Shown here piece after piece: positions 37,441 to 51,492 of a stretch of 64,000 bases of DNA. Made by a program: the position numbers and the translations under genes. How positions within the stretch are numbered: the stretch's first letter is position 1; each line of letters starts with the position of its first letter. This stretch comes from Octopus vulgaris (taxonomy: Eukaryota), in NCBI GenBank assembly GCA_951406725.2, contig OX597834.1, forward strand, positions 41,478,001 to 41,542,000. The letters are read 5' to 3'. The notes beneath the pieces are model-generated. The model was not told where the DNA came from. It saw only the letters and a list, made by a program, of their open reading frames with translations, and made no database searches.

Positions 37441-38191
37441 TCTATATCCATCCGGTTTCCACTTTAAAGCACTTTTCGCTACTTTTCTAATTGTGCTACC
37501 AATCCACTTTCACTTTTTCTTAAATATTTGCCCCTAATTTAAACTTGGTTTGTTCTTTGCCATAGCTCCATATTGCTTATGTGTTGGGGCCATCTAATTT
37601 TAAGTATACTACGCAAGCATCTGTTGATGAATGATTGTATTTGCTTATTTGACTTAACTGTTGTTCGCCATGTCTCAGCCCCTTACAATAACACACATAG
37701 CACACGAATATCGTTTGTTATGGGCGATGGAATTCCTATATCATCTGATTTCAGTCTACTGGATCTCATCGGGGGCAAGCGTCCGGTTTTGTGTCTGAGA
37801 AGATGCCGATATTCTATATTTCATGGCAATGAGATTTGACCGATATGCATTCACCGGACCCCTCCCACTGACGTAGTCTAGCAGGCTGAAATCACGTGAT
37901 ATGGCATTCTGTCGCCCATACAAACAATCTTCGTCTGCTACGATTTATATGTGTGCTTTTATGCACCAAGCGTCTATATGAGAGAATTTCTCAAGACTGG
38001 TAACTCAGCATTCGGTGTTCTGACAAGATACCCACATTAAGTTGGATATATAGATTGCCTTTTCGTACCAATACTGCTACTGTTCTAATGATTACTTTTT
38101 AGTAAGCCTGCTGGCTATTTGCAACATCACTGTATAAAGAAACGCTGATATTGTGCATAACGTGGTCACGGTATATGACTGGTATGCGGTC

Positions 38192-38428
38192 AAAGGTGGG
38201 GAGCTGGCAGAACCATTAACGTGCTGGGCGAAATGTTTAGTGGTATTTCGTCTGCCGCTACGTTCTGAGTTCAAATTCCGCCAAGGTCGACTTTGCCTTT
38301 CATCCTTTCAGGGTCGATAAATTAAGTACCAGTTACGCACTGGGGTCGATGTAATCGACTTAATCCCTTTGTCTGTCCTTGTTTATCTCCTCTGTGTCTA
38401 GCCCCTTGTGAGTAGTAAAGAAATAGGT
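38192..38428 (+). mobile_element. SINE family C
   Basis: Aligns to family C; ggtatg(c/t)ggtcaa repeated on the flanks. Confidence 0.85.
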
Positions 38429-38789
38429 ATGTGGTCAACGGACGCCGCCTGCAGACTAAATTCTTGTGGTATGAGAGTTCCAGCGCCCATAATAGGCGTT
38501 TTAGGTTTGCTATGATTTATGCGTATACTTTTATGCACCAAGAACTTATATGAGAGGATCTGTCAAAGCTAATAACGCAGTATTCGGTGTTTTAACAAAC
38601 CATCCACGTTAAGTTGGTTATAAAAATTGCTTCTGTTGCTAACAATTAATGTATAATATTGGTATATTGTAGTTAATATTTTGTTAACACATACATGTTT
38701 CAGTATTACCGTGGTTGCCAACCATACCAGTCCATACCGAACAAAAATAAATATTCTTTGGCAAAACAATTTCATTATTTTTCTGTTAG

Positions 38790-38976
38790 GTTGCGCCAAG
38801 TGCAGGACGAAAGAGACAGACTGCAAGCGGAAATCGATGGATTACACGATGAAGTTGCCCGCCGCATTGCAGACAGCGAAACCAGCAGAAGGAGGACAAG
38901 CGAATTGGAGAAGCAACTTGCTGACTGGAAGAAGAGATATGGCATTCTTGATGGTCAAATGGCCGAACTTAGAACG
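38790..38976 (+). CDS. IF gene 2 exon 2 (187 nt)
   Basis: gttag|G TTG; LRQVQDERDRLQAEIDGLHDEVARRIAD...ELRT; ACG|gtatgt. Confidence 0.93.
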
Positions 38977-39806
38977 GTATGTTGCACTACTTTGAATTCG
39001 TAATCTCTATCCTGCTCTCTTCTCTCTCTCTCTCTCTCTCTCTCTCCCGATTCTCTATAAACGCTCACATTCAAATATGGCACGCAAATACGTACATATA
39101 CAAATTCATGCACACACACACACACATACACAGTCACACCCACACCCACACACACACACGCACACACACACACACGCACACACACACACACGCACACATA
39201 TATATATATATACATATATGTGTGTGTATGCATGTTTGTAGGTATGTATATATGGATGGATAGATGAATGGATGACTGGAATACATCTATAACACTTGCG
39301 TTTGAAAAGCTCTAAATGGCGAAAGTGCTTACACACAATAAGAAAACTTCCTTTCAACATGTTCGTATCATTCTGCTTTTCTTTTCTAAGAATACATTTG
39401 CTTATATAAAATATATTCTTAATTTAACATGGTATTTCAACTAGTGGTGTGACTGTATCAAGAGCCCCTACCAATTTATATATATATATATATATCACGT
39501 CACGTGATATACATGTGACCGACCAGACCATCAGATGTTGCTACACATCGTTGGTCACAATGCGTTCGCATTGTTTTAGCCTTCAAATGACGCCACCCCG
39601 CTGGCTAAGCGAGCAGGCCAACAGAAGAAAGAGTGAGAGAAGGAGTGGTGAAAGAGTACAGTAGGGATCACCACCCCCTGCCGGAGCGTCATGGGGCTTT
39701 TAGGTGTTTTCGCTCAATAAACACACACAACGCCCGGTCTGGGAATCGAAACCGCGATCCTACGACCTCGAGTCCGCTGCCCTAACCACTGGGCCATTTC
39801 GCCTCC

Positions 39807-39871
<65 letters not shown>

Positions 39872-39888
39872 GTATGTTTGTATGTGTA

Positions 39889-39945
<57 letters not shown>

Positions 39946-41333
39946 GTATGTGTATATATGTATATATATACATACGTAAAAATTTAAATAAATGTGAAGG
40001 TGCCGGGGTTAGCGGTTAGGATATTCGGCTCACGATCGTAAGGTCGTGAGTTCAATTCCTGACGTTCTGATATTGAAGAAGGTACTTTATTTCACGTTGC
40101 TTCCGTTCAATCATCTGAGAAAAATGAGGTGTACATGAAATTGAAAAGACCAGAGTCGTCACATTCTTTTTGCGCTGAATCTCTCTGTGAACTACTTTAA
40201 GGGCAGGAGTGTTTGTCGAGTGATCAGCCACTTGACCGTTAATTTCACGAGCAGACCGTTCCTTTGATCAGATCAACTGGAACATACGTCGTTGTAACTG
40301 ATAGCATGCAAGCTATTTTGATCGATCACAAGGAAAATGGATGATATGACAGGTCTTGGGATCGTCTCGAGAAACTCAAAATTTGATCCCTCCAACGCTG
40401 CCTCGAGTGCCGTATCATTTCTTTGTGAGTATGTGGAAATAATTTCAAGAGCATTGCCCAAATGATGTTGGCATCAACATTAAAATTCACCCAGGGTTTG
40501 TTCCCCGTGCCATCCGTCCTCGACAAAAACCATGCTCACTCTACGTCACATCACTAAAGCAGAACAAGTGGCTCTGTTCTCTTTAAGATCATGCCAAGAA
40601 ACATCAGAGAAGAGAAAGATCTCATAACATTCAAATGACTCCTGAATGAATATCACCAACAAATTCCAGGTAAACCACCTACATCCAGATATATCTGTGC
40701 ACACAATAATATTTTACTCTGATGGGCTATCGTACCACGTTAATGGCTGTAATATGAAAAATCATTAAATGGCTTTTCCAGGTGGTGTCATTAAGTTAGG
40801 CATGGCCTGTGTCAATTCCAGAGCGAATTGTGTCACCTGGTGTATGACCCTCGGGTGTTCTTTAACAGTCAGTGTTATGTAGGGTACCTTCCCCAGATGC
40901 TATTCGGCAGCAAATTTGGCGTAACAACACAAGACGCATAATCTGTGTTTGTGCAATCGCTAGATATAAATATATATGCAAACACACACACTCACTCACT
41001 CTCTAACTCTCTTTCTCTCTCACACACACACATGCACACACACATGCGCGCACGCTCAAACACGCGTATGCATACATACTGCATGCACGCACACACACGC
41101 ACACACTCATGCACACACAAGCACACACGCGTTCACGTTTCTGTTTTACAAAGTGATGGGTCGATGGGATGAATATATTTTACAGAACACTAGTTAAATA
41201 AAAATGACACAAACAACAATGGCTAACATTCCTCGTCTTCTCTACGAGTGTAAACGTTGTGAATCACATAACAGATATGTTTTTAGGTCATACTAGCATC
41301 CCATTTTAAATTTCGTTTCTCACAGGTTGTTCG

Positions 41334-41570
41334 TTTCTTATTCCTTTATTGCCCACAAGGGGCTAAACATAGAGGGACAAACAAGGACAGACAAATGGAT
41401 TAAATCGATTATATCGACCCCAGTGCGTAACTGGTACATATTTAGTCGACCCCGAAAGGATGAAAGGCAAAGTCGACCTCGGCGGAATTTGAACTCAGGA
41501 CGTAACAGCAGACGAAATACCGCTAAGAATTTCACCCGGCGTGCTAACGTTTCTGCCAGCTCACCGCCTT
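41334..41570 (-). mobile_element. SINE family C
   Basis: Aligns to family C. Confidence 0.85.
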
Positions 41571-41649
41571 ATATATATATATAAAAAACCCTCTGTCACA
41601 AACTGTGCAGGAAAATAAATATGTTAGGAAAATGTGAAATCATTTTATT

Positions 41650-42062
41650 TCTTTCAGTCATTTGACTGTGGCCATGCTGGAGCACCGCCTATAGTCGAGC
41701 AAATCGACCCCAGAACTTATGCGTTGTAAGCCTACTATTTATTCTACCGGTCTCTTTTGCCGAACCGCTAAGTCACGAGGACGTAAACACACCAGCATAG
41801 GTTGTTAAGCGATGTCAAAAAAACAAACACAGACACACAAATATATACACATACATACATACATACATACATACATACATACATACATACATACATACGA
41901 CGGGCTCCTTTGAGTTTCCGTCTGCAAAATCCACTCACAAGGCCTTGGACGGCCCGAGACTATAGCAGAAGACACTTGCCCAAGGTGCCACGCAGTGGGA
42001 CTGAACCCGGAACCATATGGTTCGTAAGCAAGCTACTTACCACACAGCCACTCCTGCGCCTA
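41650..42062 (-). mobile_element. SINE family A
   Basis: Aligns to family A. Confidence 0.85.
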
Positions 42063-42293
42063 TATACTGAAACTAATGCGCAAATATACATACCACTATT
42101 GAAAAGTAAAATAACAACGCTTGGAGAATATATCAAACATACTATTCTCCCAATATTGTCAATATTCACATTGATAAATTAGGAAAAATTCTGAAAACCT
42201 TATTGCCATCTATTATAATCATTGTGTAATTAAACTCTGGCGATACTAAAACGTAGGTTTCAAAGGAATGCATAATCCTCTGGCAATGGATAG

Positions 42294-42676
42294 AAGCACT
42301 CCGTCGGTTTCGACGATGAGGGTTCCGGTTGATCCGAATCAACGGAACAGCCCGCTCGTGAAATTAACGTGTAAGTGGCTGAGTACTCCACAGACACGTG
42401 TACCCTTAACGTAGTTCTCGGGGATATTCAGCGTGACACAGACAGTGACAAGGCCGGCCCCTTGAAATACAGGTACAACAGAAACAGGAAGTAAGAGTGA
42501 GAGAAAGTTGTGGTGAAAGAGTACAGCAGGGATCACCACCATCCCCTGCCGGAGCCCCGTGGAGCTTTGTAGGTGTTTTCGCTCAATAAACACTCACAAC
42601 GCCCGGTCTGGGAATCGAAACCGCGATCCTATGATCGCGAGTCCGCTGCCTTAACCACTGGGCAATTGCGCCTCCA
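42294..42676 (-). mobile_element. SINE family B
   Basis: Aligns to family B; tcctctggcaat on both flanks. Confidence 0.87.
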
Positions 42677-42838
42677 CTCCTCTGGCAATATCGTGTGTGA
42701 GACGACGGAAAAGTTTTTTCTGAACGAAATTCACTTCCCTTATTTTCATACTTTATCTTCCATCTTGGACCAATCAGTGGTGTTTATCTAAAAACATATT
42801 TTATTTAAATAATCTATAACATTATTTTTTTTCTCAAG

Positions 42839-42934
42839 AACTTACGAACCGAAACTTCTCAAAGACTGGAATTAGAAAACCGTCTGGCGATGCTGGAAGA
42901 AGAACTTGCTTTCCTCAACGACGTCCATAGTGCC
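42839..42934 (+). CDS. IF gene 2 exon 3 (96 nt)
   Basis: ctcaag|AAC; NLRTETSQRLELENRLAMLEEELAFLNDVHSA (typical IF LxEELxF); GCC|gtaatg. Confidence 0.92.
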
Positions 42935-43228
42935 GTAATGTTGCTTTTATTTTTTTTTTTTCTGATATATTTTCTTTTGCAGGGGAATTGCCATGTCGTT
43001 TTTAGTTATTTTCTCTAATAAATTCTTCATGATGTTTTAAGTCTTTTTTTTAAGTCTTTCTTACATCAGGTAGATTCACTTTGGCAATTACAGGTAAAGA
43101 ATTACCTGTCAAGTGATCAATTTCAGTTATCTTACTAAGTTCGTAGACTACGAACCACAGTATCGGTCGCTCCTAACCCGACTTTGAATCTGCAGTCATC
43201 TAAGGCTTTAGTAACTTATCTATAACTT

Positions 43229-43562
43229 GAAGGCGCATGGCTCAGTGGTTAGAGCGTCGAGCTTACGATCGTGAGGTTGTGAGCTCGAATCCTGGACCGG
43301 GCTGCGTGTTGTGTTCTTGAGCAAGACACTTTATTTCACGTTGCTCCAGTTCACTCAGCTGGAGAAATGAGTTGCGACGTCACAGGTGCCAAGTTGTATC
43401 GGCCCTTTTACCTTTCCCTTGGATAAGACTGGTGGCATGGAGAAGGGAGGCTGGTATGCATGGGCGACTGCTGGTCTTCCATAAAACAACCTCGCCCGGA
43501 CTTGTGACTAGGAGGGTAACTTTCTAGGTGCAATCCCATGGTCAGTGTCGTGACCGAAGGGG
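43229..43562 (+). mobile_element. tRNA-derived SINE, family D
   Basis: gaaggcgcatggctcagtggttagagc...gagctcgaatcc head; second copy at 48934-49279. Confidence 0.85.
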
Positions 43563-43945
43563 ATCCCGGATAACTAGAATACTTATCTGTCAAATGACCC
43601 ATTGCACATATCTCTTCTTCTATAACAATGGACAGACATCACTAATCGCTCTAAGAAGCAATGGTACTACTTTCACTAATTTATTGTGCCGAGTTTAACT
43701 TCCTCCGAACACTGTTCGGAACTTGGCGGGAGAATATACTTTGTTGATGGCAGTCTGCGCTGGTGTCGATAGAATATATACCTGCAATTTACTATCACCA
43801 ATTCTTTATGCACATTTGTCCATTTCTCGTTTTAAAAGCTATGGCATTTCTTTGTTTAAAAGCTATGACATCTTGTCAATTAAAACTAATATTAGCTTCC
43901 GTACTTTCATTTTACTTACCGGTTTGTTTTAATTTCTAATTGCAG

Positions 43946-44110
43946 GAGATCAAAGAATATAAGGCAATTGTATCAAAAACACAGAAGTTACCTGACTTCC
44001 AAGATTCCTGGAAGGCTGAAGTTGGAAATATAGTTTCTGATTTAAGTGCCGAATATGAGTCTCAGTTGCAGACAATTACTGCTGCGATGGAAAGCCGACA
44101 TGCGGATGAG
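43946..44110 (+). CDS. IF gene 2 exon 4 (165 nt)
   Basis: ttgcag|GAG; EIKEYKAIVSK...DLSAEYESQ...RHADE; GAG|gtaaac. Confidence 0.92.
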
Positions 44111-44308
44111 GTAAACAATTACCTAGAAAAAAACCCCAAAACACAGAAACAAATTTATTTGCATGCTTTAAAATTGGTGGAAAATTAACCTCATAAATTG
44201 TGTTTGTTCTGTTGCTAGATTAGTCGTTCGAAAATATGATCTCATCGAAGATGTAATCGATCTTACATTCTATTGTCGCGTTGAGTAGTTACAGTCAGAC
44301 TATACATA

Positions 44309-44524
44309 TACTCTTTTACTCTTTTACTTGTTTCAGTCATTTGACTGCGGCCATGCTGGAGCACCGCCTTTAGTCGAGCAAATCGACCCCGGGACTTATT
44401 CTTTTTTGTAAGCCCAGTACTTATTCTATCGGTTCCTCTTTTGCCGAACCGCTAAGTGACGGGGACGTAAACACACCAGCATCGGGTGTCAAGCAATGCT
44501 AGGGGGACAAACACAGACACACAA

Positions 44525-44575
<51 letters not shown>

Positions 44576-44723
44576 TACGACGGGCTTCTTACAGTTTCCG
44601 TCTACCAAATCCACTCACAAGGCATTGGTCGGCCCGGGGCTATAGCAGAAGACACTTGCCCACGATGTCACGCAGTGGGACTGAACCCTGAACCATGTGG
44701 TTGGTTAGCAAGCTACTTACCAC
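44309..44723 (-). mobile_element. SINE family A
   Basis: Aligns to family A. Confidence 0.86.
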
Positions 44724-44989
44724 ATGTTTATATACATTTTCAAATAACATCAATCACGTTGTTGAGAGGTCATATGCTTAGCAATTAAGATTCGATTTGT
44801 TTTGAAGTGTGACTTGTGATTTCCCTCTTATTTTTTTTATTTATGTATTCATTATTTTACGGTTTGCCCTCATTATTTTTACATAAAAATTTAAAAAAAA
44901 AAAATATGGTTCTTTATTTAGAAAATACTAGATTATTTTAGCAATTTCTCTTCTCGAATGCCAGAAGCATGATACTTGAAATTTGTTTA

Positions 44990-45387
44990 TACTCTTTTAC
45001 TTACTTGTTTCAGTCATTTTGACTGCGGCCATGCTGGAGCACCGCCTTTAGTCGAGCAACTCGACCCCGGGACTTATTCTTTGTAAGCCCAGTACTTATT
45101 CTATCGGTCTCTTTTGCCGAACCGCTAAGTGACGGGGACGTAAACACACCAGCATCGGTTGTCAAGCAATGATAGGGGGACAAACACAGACACACAAACA
45201 CATACATATACATATATATATACGACAGGCTTCTTTCAGTTTCCGTCTACCAAATCCACTCACAAGGCATTGGTCGGCCCGGGGCTATAGCAGAAGACAC
45301 TTGCCCAAGATGCCACGCAGTGGGACTGAACCCGGAACCATGTGGTTGGTTAGCAAGCTACTTACCACACAGCCACTCCTGCGCCTA
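44990..45387 (-). mobile_element. SINE family A
   Basis: Aligns to family A. Confidence 0.88.
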
Positions 45388-45771
45388 TGGTTCACTTTCT
45401 CGATTAAATCAAAAAAGCAAGTTTTCTATAATCTATTACCATCTAAAAAAAAAGGCCCAGAACACCATTTTATAGTCATCGATATGCAATGAATTTCATC
45501 CAGCAGCGGCGAAATAAAATGTAGCTTGGTTCAAAAGTTATGTATACCATCTCCCATCCAGTCAGAAATATATCACAGTCATATGATGAAAACGAGTTCG
45601 ATCCCACCTATGATACATTAGGCCACTCTCTTTTACCATGGGTTCGATTTAACCACCGCTTTGTGAGTAGAATTTACTAGGTGGAAATTTTTACGAAAGC
45701 CTGTCAAATAAGTACAGGCAGAAATACGTACGTTCCTATGTATAGACGTAGGTAGTAATTCCGTGCATATG

Positions 45772-46315
45772 TACGAGGTCTGATCAATAACTATCAGGAT
45801 TGTTGCCATAGTAACGAAGCTAAAGGACGCAGAGTAAAGCCCGCTTGGCACAGGTTGACCTTATTCTCTGTTGAGCATAAGTACGAAGTTTTAACGTTCT
45901 AGCTCACATCCTTTGTTTACGGCAGTGCTTGGTAGGAAGATGTGTAGTGTGTGATTGTCGCATTGACCATGGCAGAGAAAGTTGTCATGGAGATACCTGG
46001 TCAGAGACACTCGTAAAGTTGCACAAAATGTATGGAGCGGAGTGGTTCAGACATTTCCAGGAGGGCCTTAAAACACCGGAGATGTGTGTGCAGCCGTGGG
46101 CGGAAAACTTCGAAACACCATCCGTGAGTTATTAGATGTGCATATCTGTTACGGTTCAGTCCATTATTACTGAAGATTTAGGTATGACGCATGTGTCTGT
46201 CAAGTTTGTACCAAAACTGCTTTCAGCTGACCAAAAAGATACTGGGGTTTCAGTTGCACAAGTTCTCCTTGATTGTATCCAGAGCGATGAAAACCTTTTG
46301 AAAACATTGTAACAG
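45772..46315 (+). mobile_element. Degenerate mariner fragment
   Basis: TA|CGAGGTCTGATCAATAA start; remnant ITEDLGMTHVSVKFVPKLLSADQK. Confidence 0.7.
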
Positions 46316-46695
46316 CGTAATCAAAAAACAGGATAGCCATGTCTTCAGGTGTGTACATAATGCTTCAGTTTCCCCCCGGCAAGGTGTGTGCATTACACGT
46401 CAATTGAATACACGTAAATGTGTTAAGATGCGCTAATTATCAGTGGAATCCATTGTGTAGATCACACTGTAGCCCTCCTTTCGGCTGGGATGGACGAGCA
46501 GTTTCACTTTGGTCGCTAGGGTAAAAGAAGTTGTATATAGAGCGGAGAAAGAGAGGCCAGTTTTAATGCCAAGGTTTTAATGATCGGTTCTGTGAACAAC
46601 GCAGCGATTTCTAATTTTTTCCCATATGATGTCCTCTCAGCATTGGAATTTGAGCAAAGAAAATTTAATAATAATAATTCTTATTATATCAACAG

Positions 46696-46827
46696 ATACA
46701 GAAATTGAAAGCAGGCGTGAGGACCATCCCAGGTGGAGCATCTCCAGCTGGCAGGGTCGGTGTAAGTGGAGGATTGGATATGCGTTCACGTACGGACGTA
46801 AGCGCTATGAGGGAATATGAATCTACG
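46696..46827 (+). CDS. IF gene 2 exon 5 (132 nt, Gly/Pro-rich)
   Basis: caacag|ATA; IQKLKAGVRTIPGGASPAGRVGVSGGLDMRSRTDVSAMREYEST; ACG|gtaagg; phase 0/0 fits exons 4 and 6. Confidence 0.82.
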
Positions 46828-46869
46828 GTAAGGAATATTACATAAATTATTCAATCAATCAATCAGTCA

Positions 46870-46940
<71 letters not shown>

Positions 46941-46960
46941 CCCCCCCTCTATCTCTCTCT

Positions 46961-47004
<44 letters not shown>

Positions 47005-47124
47005 CTTGCGTCTAACGTCTGATCTCTGACTTCTGGCCAAAATCAGACCGCCATGTTGAATCGTTAGCTCCTGCACGCACTTTTTTTTTTCTCCTTGTTT
47101 CTCTCCGTGTTTCTTTTCTGTGTA

Positions 47125-47162
47125 TCTTTCTGTCGAAGAGCGTAGGCTCGAAACGTAAAAGA
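47125..47162 (+). ncRNA. Minimal hammerhead-like motif
   Basis: tcttt-CTGTCGAA-gagc-gtag-gctc-GAAA-cg-TA-aaaga; related copies at 60551-60585(-) and 62860-62895(-). Confidence 0.5.
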
Positions 47163-47459
47163 CTTGTTTTATTTCTATTCCTGAGCGCCATACTAATACA
47201 ATTGTTTGTTTGTACTCCACCTGCCTTCGTCTTTTGTTTATTTTCGTAAAGCTTCCCGTTATATATATATGTGTGTGTGTATAATATATCAACCTATCTA
47301 TAAAATGGAATGTATTTTAGTTTTTACGAATGTGTGAATATGTAGGGTGTGTAAGATATTTGAGAACAGATTTATGTTTATAAAAAAACCCCAGATATAT
47401 AATAACAGAGGATAACTTAATTTATCAAAAAATTGTATGATGATAAAAATAAACCGTGT

Positions 47460-47910
47460 TTTCTATAATGTTATTCAATAAAGCCACCTTCAGCTTCAAC
47501 AACTGCTTTTATATGAGAACTAATCATCTACATGCTCGAAACAAGTGGTCCTGGTTCATTTTGGACATTAATCCAGCAATGCCATCCTTCAAAGTGTCTT
47601 TGGTGTTATGGGCGTGTTCATCAACCTATCTCTCAACAACGCTCCACAAGTAATAATCCAATAGATTGAAATCTGGGGAATTAGGAGGACAAATGTTAGG
47701 GGTTATGTGATCAAGAAAATTTTCATCCACCCATTCCTATGGTGGTAGAGCCATGTGTGATAGTGCAGAGTCTTACTGAAACACGTATGGTCTTCTATTG
47801 CGTACACTGTCTATCGAGGGCTTAGTTATTTCCAGGACTTCAATGTGGGCGGCAGAGTTAACTTTAAGGCATTGTGGAAAGAAGTAAGGAGGCATCACAT
47901 GTCCTTCATG
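47460..47910 (-). mobile_element. Degenerate Tc1/mariner-superfamily transposase fragment
   Basis: Minus strand reads CPPNSPDFNLLDY. Confidence 0.65.
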
Positions 47911-48247
47911 TCCATGAGGTCAATTGCTCTACGAATGATAGCATAAGGGGCTGATCCTTACCTAGTTCAGATACCAGGAAACCCCAGAATGGAAGAAATT
48001 CAAAAGACAGTGTTCATGGGAACTGCCCATATCCTACATAAAATACTGCCTATGTAATCTCAAATTTTAAAACAAACTCATCATGTTCTTAAGTTTTGTT
48101 AAACATTCTTTAGAACTATACTTTGTGCAGAACCAAATATATAACACCCTAAGCATAACACCAACATAAATGTCTAACTTGCTATCGCTTGAGGTCTCTG
48201 GGTAATACTTGGGGCCAACTTGTATAAATACAAAGTTAAATTCAAAC

Positions 48248-48282
<35 letters not shown>

Positions 48283-48933
48283 GTTTCAAATTTTTCCACA
48301 AGGGCTACAGTTTTGAGGAAGGGGTGAATCGATTACATCGACCCCAGTGTTCAACTGGTACTTATTTTATCGACCACGAAAAGATGAATGGCAATGTCGA
48401 CCCCGGCGGAATTTGAACTCGGAACGTAGCGACGTCCAGCGCGCTTACAATAGCACACCGCCTTAATTATAATAATTATAATAAATAATGCCCTGATGCA
48501 GTACCAGGCAGTGGTTGTCATGGCTTCTGATCTTAACTGATTGGAAGTGTTAGCATGTACATTGTTTTGTCTTGATATAAAAGATGGGCTATAGCAAATA
48601 TTCTGCTCAATACCACAGATTCGCTTGTCAGTTGTTTGACCTTAACCAGTTGAGCATGTCCCTTAGTGGCTGACGATATGTACAGAAGTAGCGGGGGAGC
48701 ATCATAGCCATGTGTTGAGAGAAAATGATAAACCACACATAGCAATGAAAGACAAAGAAAAGCGAAATTGCTTACTGATTGATCCGTTTTGTACATTTTA
48801 TTCCAGGATTGTAAAGAAAGCAGAGAAAAAATTACAATCCCTTAAAAATTCAAATTGCAAGAATTTGCAGAATGAAAGTTGTAAAGTTTGTTCCATTAAT
48901 AATTTTAGTATTAGTAACTGTAAACAGTGAATG

Positions 48934-49279
48934 TGAAGGCGCATGGCTCAGTGGTTAGAGCGTCGAGCTTACGATCGTGAGGTTGTGAGCTCGAATCCCG
49001 GACCGGGCTGCGTGTTGTGTTCTTGAGCAAAGCACTTTATTTCACGTTGCTCCAGTTCACTCAGCTGTAGAAATGAGTTGCGACGTCACTGGTGCCAAGC
49101 TGTAACGGCCCCTTTGCCTTTCCCTTGGATAACATTGGTGGTGGGGAGAGGGGAGGCTGGTATGCATGGGCGACTGCTGGTCTTCCATAAAACAACCTTG
49201 CCCGGACTTGTGTCTAGGAGGGTAACTTTCTAGGTGCAATCCCATGGTCATTCATGACCGAAGGGGGTCTTTACCCTTT
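48934..49279 (+). mobile_element. SINE family D
   Basis: Aligns to 43229-43562; taaacagtga on both flanks. Confidence 0.85.
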
Positions 49280-49538
49280 AAACAGTGATATAGAGAAATG
49301 GTTGAAGGGGACTGGAATAGAATGCCCTGTAGAGCTTCTACAGAGCGAGACTAAAGAGATTATGAGAAAGGTGCTGAGCACTAGAAACTATTGAAAGTTT
49401 GTGTATGTCTAAGGTAACAGCTAGTAACAAGCTAAGCACACAAATTTTATCTGGAATAAGAATGATGAAGGTGTTGTTGATGATGATGATGATGATAGTA
49501 TATAGGATTAAGATTTATGTTTTGATACTTTTTTTTAA

Positions 49539-49750
49539 TACTCTTTTTTACTTGTTTCAGTCATTTGACTGCGGCCATGCTGGAGCACCGCCTTTTTTTT
49601 TTAGTCGAGCAAATCGACCCCGGGACTTATTCTTTGTAAGCCCAGTACTTATTCTATCGGTCTCTTTTGCCGAACCGCTAAGTGACGGGGACGTAAACAC
49701 ACCAGCATCGGTTGTCAAGCAATGCTAGGGGGACAAACACACATACACAA

Positions 49751-49793
<43 letters not shown>

Positions 49794-49960
49794 TACGACA
49801 GGCTTCCTTCAGTTTCCGTCTACCAAATCCACTCACAAGGCATTGGTCGGCCCGGGGCTATAGTAGAAGACACTTGCCCAAGATGCCACGCAGTGGGACT
49901 GAACCCGGAACCATGTGGTTGGTTAGCAAGCTACTTACCACACAGCCACTCCTGCGCCTA
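49539..49960 (-). mobile_element. SINE family A
   Basis: Aligns to family A; ends 40 nt before exon 6. Confidence 0.88.
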
Positions 49961-49999
49961 TAATATTTAATAATTGTATTTTTTATCTTGTCTTTATAG

Positions 50000-50220
50000 A
50001 TATCAAGTCTGAAAAGTAAAATAAGGGATCTAGAATTTCAATTGCAAGAGTCCCTAAAAAACAACGCATCTGAAGATGCGGCGCACAGAGCCGAAATTGA
50101 TCAGTTACGTGCGGAAATGGAATCAATGTTGAAGGAATTACACGACCTTATGGATGCTAAACTCTCACTGGAATTGGAAATTGCCGCCTATCGCAAACTC
50201 CTTGACGGAGAAGAGAACAG
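50000..50220 (+). CDS. IF gene 2 exon 6 (221 nt, IF helix-termination motif)
   Basis: ttatag|ATA; ...LMDAKLSLELEIAAYRKLLDGEENR; AG|gtaaat. Confidence 0.96.
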
Positions 50221-50279
50221 GTAAATAATAGATGTTTCACTTAAAATAACATTGTAAATTCTTTCCGTCTTTTTATATA

Positions 50280-50509
50280 TTTCTTTACTACCCACAAGGG
50301 GCTAAACACAGAGAGGATAAACAAGGACAGACAAAGGGATTAAGACGATTACATCAATCCCAGTGCGAAACTGGTACTTTATTTATCGACCCTGAAAGGA
50401 TGAAAGGCAAAGTCGACCTCGGCGGAATTTGAACTCAGAACATAACGACAGACGATATACCGCTAAGCATTTCGCCCGGCGCGCTAACGTTTCTGCCAGC
50501 TCGCCGCCT
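50280..50509 (-). mobile_element. SINE family C
   Basis: Aligns to family C; tttccgtctttttata on both flanks. Confidence 0.86.
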
Positions 50510-50966
50510 TTTTCCGTCTTTTTATAGGTTCTCATCTGCTAATCTGGAGTCGCAGAGACACTGTTGGGACATTCGGCATAAGGAATGTGGAAGAATTGGT
50601 GCTCCAGCTCCAAACACAGATGAAAGAAAAGAGAGAAAGGATGAGAGAAGGAGAGAATGTGTGAGAGGAAGAAGGGGAGATAATAAAGTAGCGGTGATCC
50701 CAAAACGAAGGTGTGCGTGTGTTTGTATAAGAGAGTATGTATGTGCGTGTGGAAGAGGGCTGGTGACCTTGACGTGTGCGTGTGTGCATGTGTAGGTGTG
50801 TGGATGAGGGGCTTGGAAGTGGTAAGCGCTAGTGTGTGCGTGGTGGTGTGATGTGGTGTGGTGTTGTGTGGTATAGTGGTGTGTTGGGTATATATGTTAT
50901 ATTGTATATATATATGTATATGTATGTGTATATGTATATATATATGTATATATATATATATGTATA

Positions 50967-51028
<62 letters not shown>

Positions 51029-51179
51029 GTATATATATATATGTATATATATATATGTATATATATATATGTATATATATATGTATATATATATGTATAT
51101 ATATGTATGTATATGTATATATATATATGTGTATATATATATATGTATATATATATGTATATATATGTATATATATGTT

Positions 51180-51274
<95 letters not shown>

Positions 51275-51409
51275 AAGCGCAATGGTCCAATGGTTAGGAC
51301 AGCGGTCTCGCGGTTTCGATTCTAAGACCGGGCGTTGTGTTTTCATTATATTTTCCTATTCATCTACAATGTTTATTAACATTTTATTAAATATATTCTA
51401 CTTTTACAG

Positions 51410-51492
51410 AATTAGTTCAGCTCTTAGCAGCTTTGGTGGATTTCAAACAGAGGGTGAGTCTGCTCTCGCGAACGCACTATCTCTACCTGGAA
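51410..51492 (+). CDS. IF gene 2 exon 7 (83 nt; alternative in-frame donor after 51453)
   Basis: ttacag|A ATT; [27 protein letters not shown]; GGA A|gtgagt, phase 1; paralog 63884-63963. Confidence 0.85.
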
